A stretch of 64,000 nt of DNA from Candidatus Rokuibacteriota bacterium. Lineage in GTDB: Bacteria > Methylomirabilota > Methylomirabilia > Rokubacteriales > CSP1-6. Positions 28,190-38,757 of the stretch are shown in pieces (position 1 is the first letter of the stretch; each line of letters opens with the position of its first letter). The position numbers and the translations under genes were made by a program. The DNA lies in contig JACPDG010000037.1 in NCBI GenBank assembly GCA_016184125.1, forward strand, positions 107,502 through 171,501. The letters are read 5' to 3'. The notes under the pieces are model-generated. The model searched no databases, had not been told where the DNA came from, and worked only from the letters and a program-made list of their open reading frames with translations.

Positions 28190-28464
28190 TTGATAGTCAG
28201 AACAGGAAGACGACGTAGAGCACGCCCGCCCAGGCCACGACGTTCGCGAGCGCCGCGAGCCCGCGCGCCGTCTCCAGCCCCCATCGATGGGCCTGCACCT
28301 GTCGAGTAGTGCGCGTCCAGAAACAGCGCGCGCACGTGCACGATCCCGGCGACAAGCGGCGCGGGACACAGGCGCGAGGCCGTGGGCGATGCGTGCGGGT
28401 GCGCGAGATCGAGCGAGACGTGGTGGCATGCGCGTCCATGGCCATCGCTGCCCTCACCGGCGTC

Positions 28465-29085
28465 TCACAGCCCGCGCAGCAGACCGACGACCTTGCCGAC
28501 GATCCGCACGTGACGCTCGCGCGGATCGATGACGACCGGCGCCATCGTCGGATGCTCGGGCTTGAGGACGATGCGGTCGCCGTCCCGCTGGAAGCGCTTC
28601 ACGGTGGCTTCCGCGTCCACCATCGCGACCACGATGTCGTTCGGCTGCGCCGCGTCCTGCCGGCGCACGAGCACGAGGTCGCCGTCACAGATGTGCGCGC
28701 CGATCATGCTGTCGCCCCGGACACGGAGCGCGAAGACGTCGTCGCCTCCGTTCGGCAGCGCGGCCGGCGCGATCGGCACTTCGCCGTCTCGGTTCTCGAT
28801 GGCGTCGATCGGCGCGCCGGCGGCGATCCGACCGAGGATCGGCACCCGCCGGTAGCCGCCCGGCGCGCTGTCGGTGGGCACGAGCGAGCGCGACGTGCGT
28901 CCCGCGGCCTGCCGGCGCTGAAGCATGCCCTTGCGCTCGAGCGCCTTCAGGTGATCGAAGGCCGCCCGGGGCGTCACACGGAGCTTCTCCCCGATCTCGC
29001 GCACGGTCGGCGGAACGCCATGCGACGCGGTGAACGTGCGGATGAACTGCAGGACCTCGCGCTGTCGTCCGGTCATCTCGCGCAT
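28465..29085 (-). CDS. lexA: LexA SOS repressor
   Basis: N-terminal winged HTH (LT.RQREVLQFI, GVPPTVREIG) and a C-terminal S24 peptidase with the Ser/Lys dyad (GDSM...VKR). Confidence 0.9.
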   Translation of the reverse strand: MREMTGRQREVLQFIRTFTASHGVPPTVREIGEKLRVTPRAAFDHLKALERKGMLQRRQAAGRTSRSLVPTDSAPGGYRRVPILGRIAAGAPIDAIENRDGEVPIAPAALPNGGDDVFALRVRGDSMIGAHICDGDLVLVRRQDAAQPNDIVVAMVDAEATVKRFQRDGDRIVLKPEHPTMAPVVIDPRERHVRIVGKVVGLLRGL

Positions 29086-29130
29086 CCGTGTCTCCCTGTG
29101 GTCCAGGTAGGACCGTATGCGCGAGAATAC

Positions 29131-29154
29131 TCAACTGTTGATGAGGTGTCAACA
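29131..29154. promoter_or_regulatory. Candidate LexA operator: TCAAC-T-GTTGA-TGAGGTG-TCAACA
   Basis: Overlapping palindromes with three GTTGA/TCAAC half-sites about 50 bp upstream of the lexA start. No database comparison was possible. Confidence 0.35.
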
Positions 29155-29185
29155 AAAGTCGACACCAGCAGGGCTCACCCCGGCG

Positions 29186-29731
29186 TTACCCGGGCTCCCA
29201 GGGCTCGCAGACCGGACAGGTCGTAAACCCCTGCTCGCGCGCCTCGGCGACGGACTTGAGGGGAACGCGGTCCGCGGCACCGATCCGCGCGACCCACGAG
29301 CATTCGCGTCGATGGAACAGCCGCGAGCCACGCTGCGCGCAGAACGGCTCGGCCGGCTCTCTCAGCTCGCTCGGCTCCGTTTCCGTCGCCAGCGCGGTCG
29401 TCGTATCGCCCGCGGGGCGCGCGGCCGCGCCCGCGGTCGCGGGCTCGGTCTCCGAGGGAAGCGTCTCGGTCGAGACGGCGCTTCCTGGCGCTGACTCGGT
29501 TGAGGTCATGCCGGCCGGGGGGTGCGCGGACGCACCCGGTGTGTAGACGGGATCCGGCTCGTTGAGGTTCAGATTGGTCTCGACGGTCGAGCGGAACTCG
29601 TCGCTCGCGCGGCGAAACTCCCGGAGCGCGCGTCCGACCATCCGCCCGAGCTCGGGCAGCTTCGATGGTCCGAACACGAGCAGTGCGAGCACGCCGATGA
29701 GCACCATCTCCTGGAGGCCGATGTCGAACAT
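29186..29731 (-). CDS. TatB/TatA-like N-terminus fused to an Ada-type zinc-binding domain
   Basis: N-terminus MFDIGLQEMVLIGVLALLVFGPSKLPELGR.VG...REF.R (Tat family TM plus amphipathic helix). The C-terminus CAQRGSRLFHRREC...VPLKSVAEAREQGFTTCPVCEP resembles Ada_Zn_binding (..V.F..A.EA..AGFRPCKRC.P). It lies directly upstream of lexA on the same strand. Confidence 0.55.
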   Translation of the reverse strand: MFDIGLQEMVLIGVLALLVFGPSKLPELGRMVGRALREFRRASDEFRSTVETNLNLNEPDPVYTPGASAHPPAGMTSTESAPGSAVSTETLPSETEPATAGAAARPAGDTTTALATETEPSELREPAEPFCAQRGSRLFHRRECSWVARIGAADRVPLKSVAEAREQGFTTCPVCEPWEPG

Positions 29732-29753
29732 GCGCCTAGAGTAGCATCGGTCT

Positions 29754-29900
29754 CATGGGGGGCCCCGACATGGCCCCCCATACCCCCCAGCGCTCGGAGC
29801 GCCCCGGCACAGCCGTGGCGCTCCTCGACCGCCCGATTCGTTCACGGGCTCCGAGTTCATGGGGGCCCCACAGGCTCCGAGGGGAACGGGATTCCGGAAG
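29754..29900. repeat. Hairpin repeat family, copy E
   Basis: CATGGGGGGCCCCGACATGGCCCCCCATACCCCCCAGCGCTCGG...CGATTCGTTCACGGGCTCC. Confidence 0.8.
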
Positions 29901-30134
29901 GAGGAACGGAATTGCCACACGCGTGGCCCCGCCCGTCGCGCGTCGCGACGGGCGGGGACTGTGCTGTCCGGTACTTGGCGGCCCCCTGCGGGACGGGCAT
30001 GCCCGTTGCTGCCCCGGCGTGCGGAGGTGCCCGTGACGATCCTGAGGATGCTCTACTACTTTGTCCTGCTGACGTTCGTCGCTGCCCGCGAGATCGTCGC
30101 GGATCGCGCGCGGCGACGGTGAGCGGCGACCGCG

Positions 30135-31220
30135 CTACGACGCCATGATCTCCGTCTCCTTGACCGCCTCCGGTTCCTTGTCGTCCTGGTTCACGAGGCC
30201 ACACTGCACGATCTTGTAGAGCAGCGCCTTGTAGCTGATCTGGAGCAACCGCGCGGCCTTCGCGCGGTTCCAGTGCACGCGATCCAGGACCTCCTTGATC
30301 GCGACGCGCTCGGCCTCCCGCGCCGCTTGCCGTGCGATCTCCTTGAGGCTGACGACCTGGTCGGGGTTGACGGTGGCCGCCACGGCGGCCGTGAGAGGGC
30401 TCATCGTCCGCGGTCCGCGCGCGAGACTCGCCACGATCTCCTGGTGCACGGGACGGGCGCTGCCGAGCACGACGATCCGCTTGACGGCGTTCTCGAGCTC
30501 GCGGATGTTACCGGGCCAGTGGTACTCCATGAAGACGCGCACGGTGTCCGCAGGGATGTCGACGGTGCGGCCGTACTGTGCATTGAATCGGCGCCTGAAG
30601 TGCTCGATCAGGATCGGGATCTCCTCGCGCCGCTCGCGCAGCGGCGGGACGCGGATCTCGATCACGTTCAGGCGGTAGTAGAGATCCTCGCGGAACTGGT
30701 GCGCGCGCATCGCGGCCTCGAGGTCGCGGTTCGTCGCGGCGATCAACCGCACGTCGCTGCCGATCAGCTTCTCGCCGCCCACGCGGGAGAACTCGCCGTC
30801 CTGGAGGACGTGGAGGAGCTTCGCCTGCAGCCGGATCGGCATCTCGGCGATCTCGTCGAGCAGCAGCGTGCCGCCGTCCGCCGCCTCGAACTTGCCGGGC
30901 TTCTGGCGGTACGCGCCGGTGAACGCGCCCTTTTCATGCCCGAACAGCTCGGATTCGAGCAGTTCGCCGGGGAGCGCTGCGCAGTTGACCTTGAGGAACA
31001 GCTTGGCGGCGCGCGGCGAGAGCTTGTGGATCGCTCGCCCGACCACTTCCTTGCCGACGCCGCTCTCGCCCCGCAGGAGCACCGTGGTGTTCGTCGCCGC
31101 GACCTTCGCGACCAGATCGCGAATCGGCTGCATCTTGCTGCTCGTGCAGAGGCCGAGGCCTTCCATCAGGGGCTCCTTCATCTCCGGGTTGTTGTCCACG
31201 CCATACGTGGTCTCAATCAT
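30135..31220 (-). CDS. Sigma-54-dependent transcriptional activator (AAA+ core + Fis-type HTH, no receiver domain)
   Basis: Walker A GESGVGKE, the GAFTGA motif (KGAFTGA), [10 protein letters not shown], and a C-terminal HTH. Start chosen at the ATG at 31220. The alternative GTG at 31265 would place a sigma-54 promoter-like motif inside the ORF. Confidence 0.8.
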   Translation of the reverse strand: MIETTYGVDNNPEMKEPLMEGLGLCTSSKMQPIRDLVAKVAATNTTVLLRGESGVGKEVVGRAIHKLSPRAAKLFLKVNCAALPGELLESELFGHEKGAFTGAYRQKPGKFEAADGGTLLLDEIAEMPIRLQAKLLHVLQDGEFSRVGGEKLIGSDVRLIAATNRDLEAAMRAHQFREDLYYRLNVIEIRVPPLRERREEIPILIEHFRRRFNAQYGRTVDIPADTVRVFMEYHWPGNIRELENAVKRIVVLGSARPVHQEIVASLARGPRTMSPLTAAVAATVNPDQVVSLKEIARQAAREAERVAIKEVLDRVHWNRAKAARLLQISYKALLYKIVQCGLVNQDDKEPEAVKETEIMAS

Positions 31221-31248
31221 GCTCGGGTGCAGTCGATTGCAGGCGATA

Positions 31249-31266
31249 TGCCAAGGTTTTGCCACA
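31249..31266 (-). promoter_or_regulatory. Candidate sigma-54 promoter (TGGCA-N7-TTGGCA; GG-N10-GC) for the activator gene
   Basis: Minus-strand read: GTGTGGCAAAACCTTGGCATATCG, about 30 nt upstream of the ATG at 31220. Confidence 0.35.
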
Positions 31267-31381
31267 CGACGGACGCAATGATTACATGCACTTGGGGCGG
31301 GAAAGGAACGCCGGAACCCTCGTTGTTGTAAAAGATTCTCGGAGGACGATGTAATTCGTACAACAAACGTCGGAGGGAGAC

Positions 31382-31765
31382 ATGAACATCTTGATCGTGG
31401 ACGATGAACCGGCAGTCGCCGAGGTGCTCGCGCATTCGCTCAGTCGTCAGGGCCACGCGACGACGGTCGCGCACTCCGGCGAGGAGGCCCTGCGGATCGT
31501 GCGGGACGCCACGCCGGACGCGATGTTCCTCGACGTGTCGATGCCGGGCATGAACGGGCTCGACGTGCTGCAAGAGATCAAGCGCACCCGCCCGTCGCTC
31601 GCCGTGGTCGTGATCACCGGCCACGCGACGGACGCCGAGCTCGACGAGGTGAAGCGGCTCGGCGCGGTGGACGTGATCCCGAAGCCGGCGGCCCTCACGC
31701 ACTATCACCAGGCCATCGAACGCCTCGGCAGGAAAACCCGCTTCCCGAGCCCCAAGGGCGTGTGA
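31382..31765 (+). CDS. Single-domain response regulator (CheY-like REC)
   Basis: 127 aa ([17 protein letters not shown]...VITG..K). It follows an unusually AT-rich leader. Confidence 0.85.
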   Translation: MNILIVDDEPAVAEVLAHSLSRQGHATTVAHSGEEALRIVRDATPDAMFLDVSMPGMNGLDVLQEIKRTRPSLAVVVITGHATDAELDEVKRLGAVDVIPKPAALTHYHQAIERLGRKTRFPSPKGV

Positions 31766-31777
31766 TACAGCACACCC

Positions 31778-33019
31778 GTGATTCCTTCCCGCTGGTTCCC
31801 CCCGTGCCTCGCCCTGCTCGCGGTCTGCCTTGCCGTCGCGCCGGTCTCGGCGCAGTTCCCCGCTGGGCGTCGCCCCGCCGCCGGTGCGCGGCGGCTCCAG
31901 CAACCGGTGCGCGCGCCGGTCACGCTCACGCCGTCGGTCACGGTGACCGAGGAGTACAACGACAACGTCCTCCTGAACAATGACGTCCGCCGCTGGGACC
32001 TGATCACGTCGATCACGCCCGCGCTCACCCTCGCGGCCGAGCAGCCGACGTGGCGCATCAACGCGGCGTACGATTTCTCGACGCGGCTCTACGCGCGCGA
32101 TCCGGACCGCAACCGCGCCTTCGACCGCCAGAACTTCGACCTCGAGAGCTCGTACCAGGTCGACCCGATGCTCGGGCTGTCCCTCGCCGACAGCTTCTCG
32201 TTGGACACCGGCATCAACGTGTTCTCGCCCGAGGGCATCGCCACCGGCCGCGACCGCGCCTGGAGCAACAGCATCCGGCCGGCGGCGAGCTTTCGCCTCG
32301 ACCGGCTCACCACGCTGCGCGGCGGCGGCGCGTGGACCGTGACGCGCTTCGAGCGCGCGGGCCTCAGGGACTCGGACACGTGGGGCGCCGACGCCACCGT
32401 GGATCGCGCGCTGACTCCGCGCCTGCGCGGAACGCTGGGCTACGAGTTCGGCCTCTTCGACATCGAGACCGTGCCGGACGTCACGACGCACACACCGCGC
32501 GTCGGCCTCACGTACGAGTTCACGCCGACGATCTCCGGCACGCTCTCCGGTGGCCCGACGTTCGAGCAGCGCGAGGACGGTGACGACCGGGTCACCCCGG
32601 CGATCGCCGCGAGTCTCGCGCAGCGCTTCATCTGGGGCGCCGTGACGCTGTCCTACGACCGCGCCGTCGGCACGGCGGGCGGCCTCGGCGGCACCACCGA
32701 CAACCAGAGCGCCGGCGCGGGCGTCGCGGTCACGACGCTCCTGCGCGGACTCACGATCGAGTTCGCGCCGCGCTACCGCACGTTCAAGAGCGACGACGCC
32801 GCGATCGGCCACATCGACGTCGTGTCCGTCTCGCTCCCGCTCCAGGCGACGTACCAGATCACGCCGTGGTTCGGCCTCACCGCCGGCTATGCGTTCTTCC
32901 GCCAGCGCGCGGACACGAACGTGGTCAGCACGACGACGCCGGCCACGCTCGGCAACGACGTCGATCAGAACCGCGTCTTCTTCGGCCTCCAGGTCGGCTA
33001 CCCGATTCGCTTCGATTGA
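31778..33019 (+). CDS. Predicted outer-membrane beta-barrel protein of the EPS/exosortase locus
   Basis: GTG start with a signal peptide (LALLAVCLAVAPVSAQ). It has alternating beta-strand patterning and a C-terminal aromatic residue (..GYPIRFD). It resembles the uncharacterised beta-barrel families associated with PEP-CTERM loci. Confidence 0.65.
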   Translation: MIPSRWFPPCLALLAVCLAVAPVSAQFPAGRRPAAGARRLQQPVRAPVTLTPSVTVTEEYNDNVLLNNDVRRWDLITSITPALTLAAEQPTWRINAAYDFSTRLYARDPDRNRAFDRQNFDLESSYQVDPMLGLSLADSFSLDTGINVFSPEGIATGRDRAWSNSIRPAASFRLDRLTTLRGGGAWTVTRFERAGLRDSDTWGADATVDRALTPRLRGTLGYEFGLFDIETVPDVTTHTPRVGLTYEFTPTISGTLSGGPTFEQREDGDDRVTPAIAASLAQRFIWGAVTLSYDRAVGTAGGLGGTTDNQSAGAGVAVTTLLRGLTIEFAPRYRTFKSDDAAIGHIDVVSVSLPLQATYQITPWFGLTAGYAFFRQRADTNVVSTTTPATLGNDVDQNRVFFGLQVGYPIRFD

Positions 33020-33346
33020 CCGATGCGGGGGCCGGCAACGGCCCCCACGCCCGCCTCCGCACCACGGCTCCGGCACCGACGCGACGCCGAGGAGCGAGCA
33101 GGGCGAGGCGCCCGACGACGGCACGCCCGAGGCGTACTCCGAGTACGCCGCAGGGCGGGCCGAGGAGGGCAACGAAGCCATGCGACGCTCATCGGCGTCG
33201 CGTGCGGGATGCAACGCGTTGCTCGCGTGCTCTGCAGCGGGTTGCTGAATCAGGCGGATTTCCCGCGCGGACGTGTGCGCGTGAGGCGCCGCGCACCGGT
33301 TCCGTAACTCGCCGTGAACACGGACAACTCCGCCGTCGTGCACGGT

Positions 33347-33361
33347 GTGGCACTCCCGTTG
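33347..33361 (+). promoter_or_regulatory. Consensus sigma-54 promoter TGGCAC-N5-TTGC upstream of the priming sugar transferase
   Basis: GTGTGGCACTCCCGTTGCGCT at 33344-33364, giving GG-N10-GC. The -12 GC lies 32 nt upstream of the ATG at 33393, followed by GAGAAGG. Confidence 0.55.
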
Positions 33362-33392
33362 CGCTCTGGTCCGCTCGAGAAGGCCACCGGCG

Positions 33393-34739
33393 ATGTCCCT
33401 CGCAGACCGCCTCCCGTGGATCGACGCGCTCTCCACCACGACGGCCATCGCGGCGGCGATGCTGCTGTGGCCGGTGCCGGGCCCACCCGCGACTCCGGCC
33501 GAGGTCACCGCGCGCGCCGCCGTCGTCGTCGGCGTCGCGTTGCTCGCCTTCTACTACAACGACCTCTACGACTTCGACGTGCCTCACGAGACCGGAGACG
33601 TCTTTCTCCGATTGTGCCGCGCGGTCGGCGTGACCGCGATCCTCCTCGCGGCGACGTACGCGATCTTCCCGGGGCTCGTCGTCACGAGCACCGCGGTCTC
33701 CCATGCGCTCCTGTTGATGCTCGCGGCGGTGCTCGCGACGCGTGTCGCCGTGTACGCGCTGGCGAAGCACCCGCCGTTCGCGGAGCGGATCGTGATCATG
33801 GGCGGCGGCGCGCTCGCCGCCGACCTCGCGGCACAGATCGGCACACGCCAGGACGTCCCGCTGGTCGTCGTCGGCTTCCTCGGTGATCCGGCGATGACGC
33901 CGACGCCCGGCCCGCGCCTGGGCGCGTACGCGGACGTCGACGAGGTCGTGCGGCGTCACCGTCCCGACCGCATCGTCGTGGCGATGCCCGACCGGCGCGG
34001 CAACCTGCCCGTCGCGCAACTCCTCGCCTGCCGCTTCCGCGGCGTCGCCGTCGAGGACGGCGCGCTCACGTGGGAGCGCGTCACGCGGCGCCTGCCGGTC
34101 GAGTCGCTCACGCCGAGCGCGCTCATCTTCGGCGACGGCTTCCGCGTGTCGCGGCCGCGCCAGGCGCTCCAGCGCGCGCTGAGCCTCGCGGTCGCCGTGA
34201 CCGGGCTCGTGCTCGCCGCCCCCCTCGGCGCGCTGATCGCGATCGCGATCACGCTCGAGTCGCGCGGTCCCGTCTTCTTCGTCCAGGAGCGGGTCGGCCT
34301 CGGCGGCCGCTCGTTCCGCCTCGTCAAGTTCCGCACCATGCGCGTGGGGGACGAGACATGCGATGGCGTCTGGCGGCGCGACAACGCGAGCCGCGTGACG
34401 CCGCTCGGCCGCGTGCTGCGCAAGTACCGGATCGACGAGCTGCCGCAGTTCCTCAACATCCTGCGCGGGGACATGAACCTCGTGGGTCCGCGTCCCGAGA
34501 TGGCGTCGAACGTCGCGACGTTCACCGCGTCGATCCCGTTCTACGGCCTGCGCCACGAGGTGCGGCCGGGCCTCACCGGCTGGGCCCAGGTGAAGGCGGG
34601 CTACTCGATGACGACGGAAGAGGTGACGCGCAAGCTCTGCTACGACCTCTACTACGTCAAGCACGCGTCCCTCGCGTTCGATCTGCGCCTCCTGGTCGAT
34701 ACGGTCAAGTTCGTCCTGAGCGGCAAGCGACCGGGATGA
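33393..34739 (+). CDS. Exopolysaccharide polyprenyl-phosphate glycosyl-1-phosphate transferase (WbaP/EpsB-like priming sugar transferase)
   Basis: N-terminal TM helices, then the C-terminal bacterial sugar-transferase domain (SRGPVFFVQERVGLGGR.F...KFRTM, DELPQF.N.L.G.M..VGPRP). Confidence 0.85.
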   Translation: MSLADRLPWIDALSTTTAIAAAMLLWPVPGPPATPAEVTARAAVVVGVALLAFYYNDLYDFDVPHETGDVFLRLCRAVGVTAILLAATYAIFPGLVVTSTAVSHALLLMLAAVLATRVAVYALAKHPPFAERIVIMGGGALAADLAAQIGTRQDVPLVVVGFLGDPAMTPTPGPRLGAYADVDEVVRRHRPDRIVVAMPDRRGNLPVAQLLACRFRGVAVEDGALTWERVTRRLPVESLTPSALIFGDGFRVSRPRQALQRALSLAVAVTGLVLAAPLGALIAIAITLESRGPVFFVQERVGLGGRSFRLVKFRTMRVGDETCDGVWRRDNASRVTPLGRVLRKYRIDELPQFLNILRGDMNLVGPRPEMASNVATFTASIPFYGLRHEVRPGLTGWAQVKAGYSMTTEEVTRKLCYDLYYVKHASLAFDLRLLVDTVKFVLSGKRPG

Positions 34740-34887
34740 GCCACGTCAAACGTTTCCCTACATGTGGCACGCGCCTCCCTCAATGCACGGTCGCGCCCGC
34801 GAAATGCGCGCGTCGCCGCACGATGTCGGCGGTCCGGCACGTGTCTTGCGACAACCCGTTCACGACATGCAAGCGAGTGCAGCCTCG

Positions 34888-36324
<1,437 letters not shown>

Positions 36325-36356
36325 CAGGGCGGCCGCATACCCGGAGGATCACGTTC

Positions 36357-37064
36357 ATGACCACACCGAGATCCATCGTGATGTCGCTGGCACTCGTCGC
36401 CGTCACGTCGACGGTCGCCGTCGCCCAGACGAAACCGGTGAACCCGCCGGCCGCCGTTTCCGGAGCGCCCGCGAGGAGCGTGCCGGCGGCCTCGGCCGCG
36501 ACCGGCACGACAGCGACGATCGCGCCGGCCGCGGCCCCCACGGGGCCGGCCACGGCCCCGCGCGGTCTCGCCCCGGCCGTCCCGACCGACTACGTGATCG
36601 GGCCCGACGACGTGCTGTTCGTCACCGTGTGGAAGAACGACACGCTGTCGAAGCAGGTCCCCGTGCGGCCCGACGGCAAGATCTCGCTGCCGCTGCTGCA
36701 CGACATCCAGGCGGCGGGGCTGACCGCGATGCAGCTGCAGGACAAGATCGCCGTGGCGCTCGGGGAGTTCATGCCGAACCCCGAGGTGTCCGTGATGATC
36801 ACCGACGTCCGCAGCTACCGCGTGTCGGTGCTCGGCGAGGTCAACCGGCCGGGCGTGCTGCAGCTCAAGGCCGAGACCTCGATCCTCGAGGCCCTCGCGA
36901 TGGCCGGCGGCTTCCGCGACTTCGCATCGCCGTCCAAGATCATGGTCTTCCGCAAGGACTCCTACGGGAACACGCACAAGCTGCGCTTCAACTACAACAA
37001 GGCCCTCCGCGGCGACGAGGACAACCTCGCGCTCAAGACCGGCGACGTCATCGTCGTGCCCTGA
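36357..37064 (+). CDS. Polysaccharide export outer-membrane protein (Wza/EpsE-like)
   Basis: Signal peptide, Poly_export motif (YVIGPDDVL.V.VW) and a SLBB domain. ATG after GGAGGA. Confidence 0.8.
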   Translation: MTTPRSIVMSLALVAVTSTVAVAQTKPVNPPAAVSGAPARSVPAASAATGTTATIAPAAAPTGPATAPRGLAPAVPTDYVIGPDDVLFVTVWKNDTLSKQVPVRPDGKISLPLLHDIQAAGLTAMQLQDKIAVALGEFMPNPEVSVMITDVRSYRVSVLGEVNRPGVLQLKAETSILEALAMAGGFRDFASPSKIMVFRKDSYGNTHKLRFNYNKALRGDEDNLALKTGDVIVVP

Positions 37065-37087
37065 CCTGATCCGGGAGAGGGTGTCCC

Positions 37088-38755
37088 ATGACGACCGTGC
37101 ACGAGACTCCAGCGCGCCAGCAGGGCCTGGCGGCCCTCGCCGAGACCCTGCGACGGCGCAAGCTCCTGGCCCTGGTGCCGTTCCTGTTCGTGCTCGCGGC
37201 GACCGCGTCGGTCGCGTTCTTCCTGCCGAGCGTGTGGCGCTCGCGCGCGGTGATCATGGTCGACCGCCAGCAGATCCCCGAGGCGTTCGTCAAGTCGACG
37301 GTCGTGAGCGGCCTCGAGAGCCGGCTCCTGACGCTCTCGCAGGAGATCCTGGCGCGCGCCCGCCTCCTCGAGATCATCGAGCGACACGCCCTCTATCCGG
37401 CGCTGCGCGACACGGCGAGTCCCGACGAGCTCGTGGACAAGATGCGGCGGGACATCCGCATCGAGTTCATGGATCAGGGTGACCGCCGCTCGCGCGGCCG
37501 CGACGCGCGCACGCTCGTCTTCAGCGTCGGCTACACCGCCCCGAGCCCGGCGGTGTCGACCGCGGTGTCGAACACCCTCGCCGCGCTCTACGTCGAGGAG
37601 AACGTCAAGCTGCGGGAGCGCCAGGCGGCCGGCACGTCCGACTTCCTCGAGGCGCAGCTCGCGGAGGTCCGGAAGCGGCTCGCCGACCAGGAGACGAAGA
37701 TCGCCGCGTACAAGGAAAAGCACATGGGCGAGCTGCCCGAGCAGCGGGACGCCAATCTCCGCACGCTCGAGCGCCTGCAGCAGCAGCTGGCCCTCGTCCA
37801 GGAGACCCACCGGCGCGCGCTCGAGCGCCGGCAGATGATCACGCACAGCCTCGCCGAGCTCGACGTGGCCGGGAGCGGTACCACGTCCGAGCCGGCGCCC
37901 AGCCGGGCGAGCACGGCCCAGGCGCGGCTCACGCTGCTCGGGCAGGAGCTCGCGCAGCTGCTGACCAAGTTCAGCGAGAAGTACCCCGACGTCATCTACA
38001 CGAAGGAGCAGATCCGCGTGCTCGAAGCGCGCGTCGCCGAGGAGGCCGCGCAGGCGAAGGCCGAGGCCGCCGCCTCGCCGCGCCCTGACGCCGACACCGC
38101 GCGCCGCCGGCTCGTCCCGCAGAACAGCTACGTGCAGAGCCTGATGAGCCAGCTCGACCAGGCGAACCTCGAGGCGAAGGCCGGCGTGCAGCAGATCGCC
38201 GACCTCCAGCGCCAGATCGCGCTCTACCAGAAGCGCGTCGACGCGACGCCGCGGCGCGAGCACGAGCTCGCCCTGATCACGCGCGACTACGAGACGACGC
38301 GGGAGCTGTTCCGCTCGCTCCTCGGGAAGCGTGAGGAAGCCAACATCGCCGCGGACCTCGAGCAGCGCAAGAAGGGCGAGACGTTCCGCATCCTGGAGGC
38401 GGCGACGCCGCCGGACCGGCCGCTCGGCCCCAACCGGCTGCGCCTGCTCCTGGTCGGCCTCGTCCTCGCGGTCGGCGCCGCCGGCGCCGCGGTCGTCCTC
38501 GCCGAGAACGTCGACACCTCGTTCCGCCGGGTCGACGAGCTGCGCGCCCGGTTCCCGGTCCCCGTGCTCTCCGCGATCCCGCGGATCACCACCGAGAGCG
38601 ACCGGCGACGGCTCGCGCGCCAACGGCGCGTCGCCGTGGCGGCCGCCGGCCTCGGGCTCCTCGTCGTGATCGGCTCGTCGTGGGCGATCGCGCGCGACAA
38701 CCAGGAGCTCGTCGGGCTGCTGGCGCCGGACACCGCTCCGACGACGAAGAGGTAG
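37088..38755 (+). CDS. Polysaccharide chain-length determinant (Wzz/GumC-like, PEP-CTERM locus type)
   Basis: N-terminal TM helix, a long periplasmic coiled-coil region and a C-terminal TM helix. Confidence 0.8.
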   Translation: MTTVHETPARQQGLAALAETLRRRKLLALVPFLFVLAATASVAFFLPSVWRSRAVIMVDRQQIPEAFVKSTVVSGLESRLLTLSQEILARARLLEIIERHALYPALRDTASPDELVDKMRRDIRIEFMDQGDRRSRGRDARTLVFSVGYTAPSPAVSTAVSNTLAALYVEENVKLRERQAAGTSDFLEAQLAEVRKRLADQETKIAAYKEKHMGELPEQRDANLRTLERLQQQLALVQETHRRALERRQMITHSLAELDVAGSGTTSEPAPSRASTAQARLTLLGQELAQLLTKFSEKYPDVIYTKEQIRVLEARVAEEAAQAKAEAAASPRPDADTARRRLVPQNSYVQSLMSQLDQANLEAKAGVQQIADLQRQIALYQKRVDATPRREHELALITRDYETTRELFRSLLGKREEANIAADLEQRKKGETFRILEAATPPDRPLGPNRLRLLLVGLVLAVGAAGAAVVLAENVDTSFRRVDELRARFPVPVLSAIPRITTESDRRRLARQRRVAVAAAGLGLLVVIGSSWAIARDNQELVGLLAPDTAPTTKR

Positions 38756-38757
38756 GC

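Noticed and set aside
28197-28457. An 86-aa ORF with a hydrophobic C-terminus next to repeat array D.
   Set aside because: It has no start context and an Arg-rich N-terminus, and it partly overlaps repeat-derived sequence. It is not supported as a gene.
34740-34887. TGGCAC at 34763-34768 upstream of the PrsR-like regulator gene as a sigma-54 promoter.
   Set aside because: The downstream GC is not at the required GG-N10-GC spacing (TGGCACGCGCCTCCC). No -12 element was found.
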